34,835 nt of DNA from Sutterella sp. Lineage in GTDB: Bacteria; Pseudomonadota; Gammaproteobacteria; Burkholderiales; Burkholderiaceae_F. Positions 28,850 through 34,835 of the stretch are shown piece by piece (the first letter of the stretch is position 1; each line of letters begins with the position of its first letter). A model generated the notes under the pieces. That model ran no database searches and was not told where the DNA came from. It worked only from the letters and a program-made list of their open reading frames with translations. A program made the translations under genes and the position numbers. The stretch spans positions 1 through 34,835 of the forward strand of contig DXSO01000004.1 of NCBI GenBank assembly GCA_019410445.1. The letters are read 5' to 3'.

Positions 28850-29380
28850 TTCAAGTTATACACCGATTTACAATCAACAACCTGTGGATAACTTTGTGCA
28901 CAACACAAGAACAACTGCCATCGGTGTGGATAACTTTTCACCAAATTTTCTTTACTCATTTTTTCTTCACACTCATCCACAAGATATTCACAGGAAAATC
29001 AAGTGGTTATTCCACAAGTTATCAACACTCTATATTGTTGATTTTACAGTGTTTTTTCTAGTTACCCACAGACTTATCCACTCTCTACTTACGACTATTT
29101 CTAAATAAATATTTTTATTTCTTTTGAATAACTGAGAGTTCTAAACCCTCTCACAACTCAAATTGAACATGTAGGTTATCCACAAAAAAATTGTTCCTAA
29201 GAAATAAAAAAACTTCTTAAAAAGTCTTTTATTTCAATGGGTTACTCACAAAAAGAATGGATAGCAATGTTTATTTTGTAAAAAAACCCCTCCAAAAACC
29301 TTGGAGGGGTTGGGTAATTTCAGAATGCGTTTAGAGGTCAGAAGTTATTCCCAGACATTTTTTCGTATCTGTGGATGACT
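28850..29380. other. oriC: Chromosomal replication origin (oriC) candidate / DnaA-box cluster
   Basis: Perfect DnaA boxes at 28883-91, 28925-33 (TGTGGATAA) and 29176-84 (TTATCCACA). One-mismatch boxes at 28856, 28894, 28973, 28984, 29008, 29019, 29062, 29074, 29242, 29345, 29370. IHF consensus AATCAAGTGGTTA at 28997-29009. AT-rich tract at about 29097-29130. Confidence 0.85.
29280..29311 (-). terminator. Intrinsic terminator for minus-strand transcription entering the origin
   Basis: AACCCCTCCAA-AAACC-TTGGAGGGGTT with an A-run on the left (U-tract on the minus strand). Confidence 0.75.
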
Positions 29381-29399
29381 CAGAGGACTAATCCAAGAA

Positions 29400-31439
29400 T
29401 TAAATAATGCTTGCCTTTTCGTAAGCTTGGCGAACAATGTCGGCTAATTGCATGTATCCACGCTGGCTTGATGCTGCTCCAATCACGGTCACAGAGTCCT
29501 CTGTTGGCAAACAACCGGAACGATCTTCGAGGTTAGGAGTACATTCTGCACAGATAACAACATGGTCAACGCGTATTGTTTGTCGATTGCCTCGATGTGG
29601 TCTATCTGAAATACGAACAGCATGATTATCGATGAGCTCAATATTGATGTTTTGGACGGTTTGAGCTCCTCTCATGCGCAGCCATGTCAGATCCCATCGA
29701 TTATGTACTTTAGCCAGAAGTTTTTTTGTAATTTCCGGATTGAGCTCAATGAGATATAACTGACGGAGTGCTCTATCAATTTCAGGCACAACCCCCAGCA
29801 CTCCACCTCCGTGTTCTTTCACGGATCCGATTCCCCAAGCATTTCTCCAAGACTGGACGGACCACTGATTTTCTGCTTTATTTTCGAGTAGAAAACGGCT
29901 GACAAACAGTGCAATACGCCCATTTCCCAAGACAGCTACTCTGTTGCCAACAGGTGTGTCGTTGAGAAGTTCTTCATAAGTTACAACATTGGAAGCGTTA
30001 ATGCCTGCAATATCGGGTATTTCTGGTTCACTTCCTGTGGCAACAATGTAGCGGTCGAATTCTTGGGTTTCTTTGAATTCTCGAAGATTGATCTTTTTGT
30101 TGTAAATTACGTTAACATTATTTATCTTTAGTTCATTTGTCAGTATTTTAAGCCAATTTTCGTACTTATTATTTTTTTCGACTTTACATAAAAAATGAAT
30201 TTGGCCTCCTAAAGCGTCACTCTTCTCAAATAAAGTGACGTGGTGACCTCGAGTGGCTGCGATCTTGGCAAAAAGCATGCCAGCTAGACCACCTCCAATG
30301 ACGGCAATTTTTTTTGGCCTCGGACTTTTGATTGTTGATAGAGGAAAATGTCCGAATTGCAGGGGATCGGTGAGATTTAATAATCGATGAGTTCGCAAAA
30401 CATCTGTAGGAACTCCACAGTCGTGATGGTCTATCCACGGACGTATAGAGCCTTGTATGATCCCTAATTTTTTACGAATGAATGATTTGTCGCCTAAAAG
30501 AGCTGAACTAAACGAAAATACTGCGTTACTGTGTTTTTTGCTGATTTCCTCCAGCACACCAAAGTCTTGGCTTGGATCACAGAAAAACACGGGTAAATCA
30601 GATGCTTGAGCTAAATCCTCATAGTCAGAGAGCCAGACGCCATCCGGTATGGCGTGAGAATGGGTCGGTACGCGTTCGTCGAATCCGTTAGCTACCCCAA
30701 TAAGATAATCAGCGCCGGCAATGCGAAGCATTTGGATAAGTCTTAAAACCTCTTCCCAATTTGCTCCCTTCGGAGAGAAATCAATGAGATTGAAGCGAAC
30801 TCCCAATGCCTTGGTTTCGCCGATAGTCTTTTTGCAGCTTCGAACAATTTCCAAAAGCAGCCGAAATCTCCCAAGTTGGTTTTTTCCCCATGTGTCCTGT
30901 CTTCGATTGACTGCTGGACTGAGAAATGAGGCAATGAACGACCGTCCAGAGGCATTAATTTCGATTGCGTCAAATCCGACGTCAACAGCCTTCTGCGCAC
31001 AATGTGTAAATTGACGAATTATTCGTCGAATAAGAAAGCTAGGTGCAGCATGAAATGTTTTTCCAGTGTGCCGAGAAACTCCGGACATACTTGAAACAGG
31101 GAAAATGCTTTTGGCATCTTGACCAACATGGTTTAGTTGCAGAGCTGTGCGACAGTCAAAACCGCGAACAGCATCGATGATTTTTTTATAGCGGCGGAAG
31201 TCATCGGAGCAAGCAGCTACTGTGGTTTCACTTTGTTTGGCTAGCCAATTGATTGCTGGAGAAAAGACAGTTATCAAACTGACTCCATCAGCTGCGGTAT
31301 TGGAATAAAAATCTGCCAACAGAGCAAGGTTGGGTAGATTCTCCAACCCTGTGTTGATTGGTGCAGCTGTCAACCGATTTTTCAAATGCATTGGGCCGCA
31401 GTTGATTGGTTGAAGCAAGTGATGCCATTGATTCAGCAT
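29400..31439 (-). CDS. FadH-like (2,4-dienoyl-CoA reductase / OYE + Rossmann) homolog, highly diverged
   Basis: 'LKNR', 'TGLE', 'GFDAIEI', 'FLSP..N.R.D.WG', 'KKIAVIGGG.AGM', 'RGHHVTLFE...LGGQ', 'VATGS.P..PDI.G', 'WGI', 'VDHVVICA'; same length as FadH but catalytic and Fe-S residues are not recognisable. Confidence 0.85.
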   Translation of the reverse strand: MLNQWHHLLQPINCGPMHLKNRLTAAPINTGLENLPNLALLADFYSNTAADGVSLITVFSPAINWLAKQSETTVAACSDDFRRYKKIIDAVRGFDCRTALQLNHVGQDAKSIFPVSSMSGVSRHTGKTFHAAPSFLIRRIIRQFTHCAQKAVDVGFDAIEINASGRSFIASFLSPAVNRRQDTWGKNQLGRFRLLLEIVRSCKKTIGETKALGVRFNLIDFSPKGANWEEVLRLIQMLRIAGADYLIGVANGFDERVPTHSHAIPDGVWLSDYEDLAQASDLPVFFCDPSQDFGVLEEISKKHSNAVFSFSSALLGDKSFIRKKLGIIQGSIRPWIDHHDCGVPTDVLRTHRLLNLTDPLQFGHFPLSTIKSPRPKKIAVIGGGLAGMLFAKIAATRGHHVTLFEKSDALGGQIHFLCKVEKNNKYENWLKILTNELKINNVNVIYNKKINLREFKETQEFDRYIVATGSEPEIPDIAGINASNVVTYEELLNDTPVGNRVAVLGNGRIALFVSRFLLENKAENQWSVQSWRNAWGIGSVKEHGGGVLGVVPEIDRALRQLYLIELNPEITKKLLAKVHNRWDLTWLRMRGAQTVQNINIELIDNHAVRISDRPHRGNRQTIRVDHVVICAECTPNLEDRSGCLPTEDSVTVIGAASSQRGYMQLADIVRQAYEKASII

Positions 31440-31460
31440 ACGATGTGCCTTCTTAGCTTG

Positions 31461-32396
31461 TCAGTGCACGAAGTTATTGATGCCAAAGGGTACAAGGACG
31501 CTCGGAACCGTAGCACTGGTACTTTCCACATGCTTGAGTTGATCATCAAAGTAAATGTGGGGTTTTAGAACATCAAGGACGCGTTTTTTGGGTAATCCGT
31601 CCATCAAAAAAAGTTCTGCGGCACTCATACCAAAGCTTTTGAGACTGGTTATGAGACGTTCTTCATTCATTGCACCTCGGGCTGTGACGATGGAAACACG
31701 AAGAACCGGTTTAAAGTAGGGATCCCCTTTTCCTCTTTCGGCGTCCAAAGCCTGGAATTGCCCGAGCTTCGTAAAAAGTCGGTGCATCGGACCGGGTTGA
31801 TGCGGAATATCACGATTACGGTGTTCATGCAGAGAAAAGCCTTGAATTCCTTCTTTATGGAAGGCTTTTTCAGCTTCATCATCAATCACGACGCCGTCAA
31901 AGTCAAAAGCAATACGGAGTTCGTCATCCGTTTCTTCTTCCGTTTGTGCCAGAGAAGTTGGAATAACGAGACCGGCAGGCTGCCCTTTTGCGATTGCTGT
32001 AAATACGTTTTCTTTGTTTGCACTCAAAAACAAAGAAGCATCGAACGCTTGCAGATAAGGAAATGTTGATTGACCAGAGGTAAAAGCACCGGCTGTAATC
32101 GGAAGGTCATAAGCTCGACAGGAGTTAAAAAAACGCTGTCCCGTTTCTGGAGTGTTTCTGCTTAAGACAACGACCCGGAATGGGTGTTTTTCGCCAAAAA
32201 GAGTATTGATGCGAAGGAGTTTTCGAATGAAACGGAAGGCTGTTCCAGGTTCGAGAGGTTCATTGGCGTGTTGTACTTGCCATGTACGGTAAGCATCCAC
32301 TCCTTGCTCTTCAAAAATGCGATGTTCATTTTCCAAGTTGAACAGTGCTCGGGAACTTACGGCAATGACAATTTGCTGTTCGATCGGCGTACTCAT
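31461..32396 (-). CDS. 5'-nucleotidase (cN-I-like, HAD family)
   Basis: 'IAVSSRALFNL', 'LSRN', 'LFLSAN', 'LRIAFDFDGV', 'VTAR', 'PHIYFDDQ'. Confidence 0.92.
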   Translation of the reverse strand: MSTPIEQQIVIAVSSRALFNLENEHRIFEEQGVDAYRTWQVQHANEPLEPGTAFRFIRKLLRINTLFGEKHPFRVVVLSRNTPETGQRFFNSCRAYDLPITAGAFTSGQSTFPYLQAFDASLFLSANKENVFTAIAKGQPAGLVIPTSLAQTEEETDDELRIAFDFDGVVIDDEAEKAFHKEGIQGFSLHEHRNRDIPHQPGPMHRLFTKLGQFQALDAERGKGDPYFKPVLRVSIVTARGAMNEERLITSLKSFGMSAAELFLMDGLPKKRVLDVLKPHIYFDDQLKHVESTSATVPSVLVPFGINNFVH

Positions 32397-32407
32397 GGTA
32401 TCTAGAT

Positions 32408-32442
32408 AAAAAGGCCTGTCAGTTGATTTTACCGACAGGCCT
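32408..32442 (-). terminator. Intrinsic terminator downstream of gyrB
   Basis: AGGCCTGTCAGT / ACCGACAGGCCT; the single A-C mismatch becomes a G-U pair on the minus strand, which then reads UUUUU. Confidence 0.75.
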
Positions 32443-32478
32443 ATCGTTCAATGCGCAACTGTTTTAGGGAATCGACAC

Positions 32479-34835
<2,357 letters not shown>

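Noticed and set aside
28884..29108. 74-aa ORF in the origin region
   Set aside because: Its sequence is simply translated DnaA boxes (VDN/IHR/LST); non-coding function explains the region.
28850..29380. Repeated TGTGGATAAC-like units as CRISPR or iteron array
   Set aside because: Units are 9-mers with irregular spacing and both orientations, matching DnaA boxes; no cas or rep gene.
30080..30200. Very AT-rich patch inside the FadH-like gene as an insertion or second unwinding element
   Set aside because: In frame and collinear with FadH, no flanking repeats or DnaA boxes; more likely relaxed-selection drift.

Overview
Core-chromosome window from a betaproteobacterium of the Burkholderiales. 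It is most likely a gut Sutterellaceae member, inferred from gene order, several Gram-negative porins, a Tat-exported flavocytochrome c, menA and moderate GC. Positions 1-8.1 kb hold a periplasmic/outer-membrane cluster: three porins, a Tat-signal DUF169-like protein, an orphan ORF, a Tat flavocytochrome c flavoprotein and a tetrahaem cytochrome c. Housekeeping genes follow: DUF805-gatBAC, rlpA, ilvA, a frameshifted FAD/Fe-S oxidoreductase, HIT, SPOR-like-coaX-birA, hydrolase-dac-ybeD-lipB-menA-lipA, a BON lipoprotein and a Crp/Fnr-like regulator. An intergenic region at about 28.85-29.38 kb is packed with DnaA boxes, IHF sites and a DnaA-trio/AT-rich element and looks like oriC. It is followed by a FadH-like gene, a 5'-nucleotidase and a 5'-truncated gyrB, all pointing toward it. 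Most notable observations: (1) a full-length DacA/DacC homolog that has lost all three penicillin-binding-protein catalytic motifs, together with gatC abutting rlpA where mreBCD-mrdA-rodA is usually found, hinting at elongasome loss; (2) a full-length FadH homolog lacking the catalytic and Fe-S ligands, next to the origin; (3) an origin-like locus separated from dnaA; (4) a possible periplasmic respiratory module for a non-fumarate acceptor. No CRISPR array, tRNA/rRNA gene or transposase was seen.
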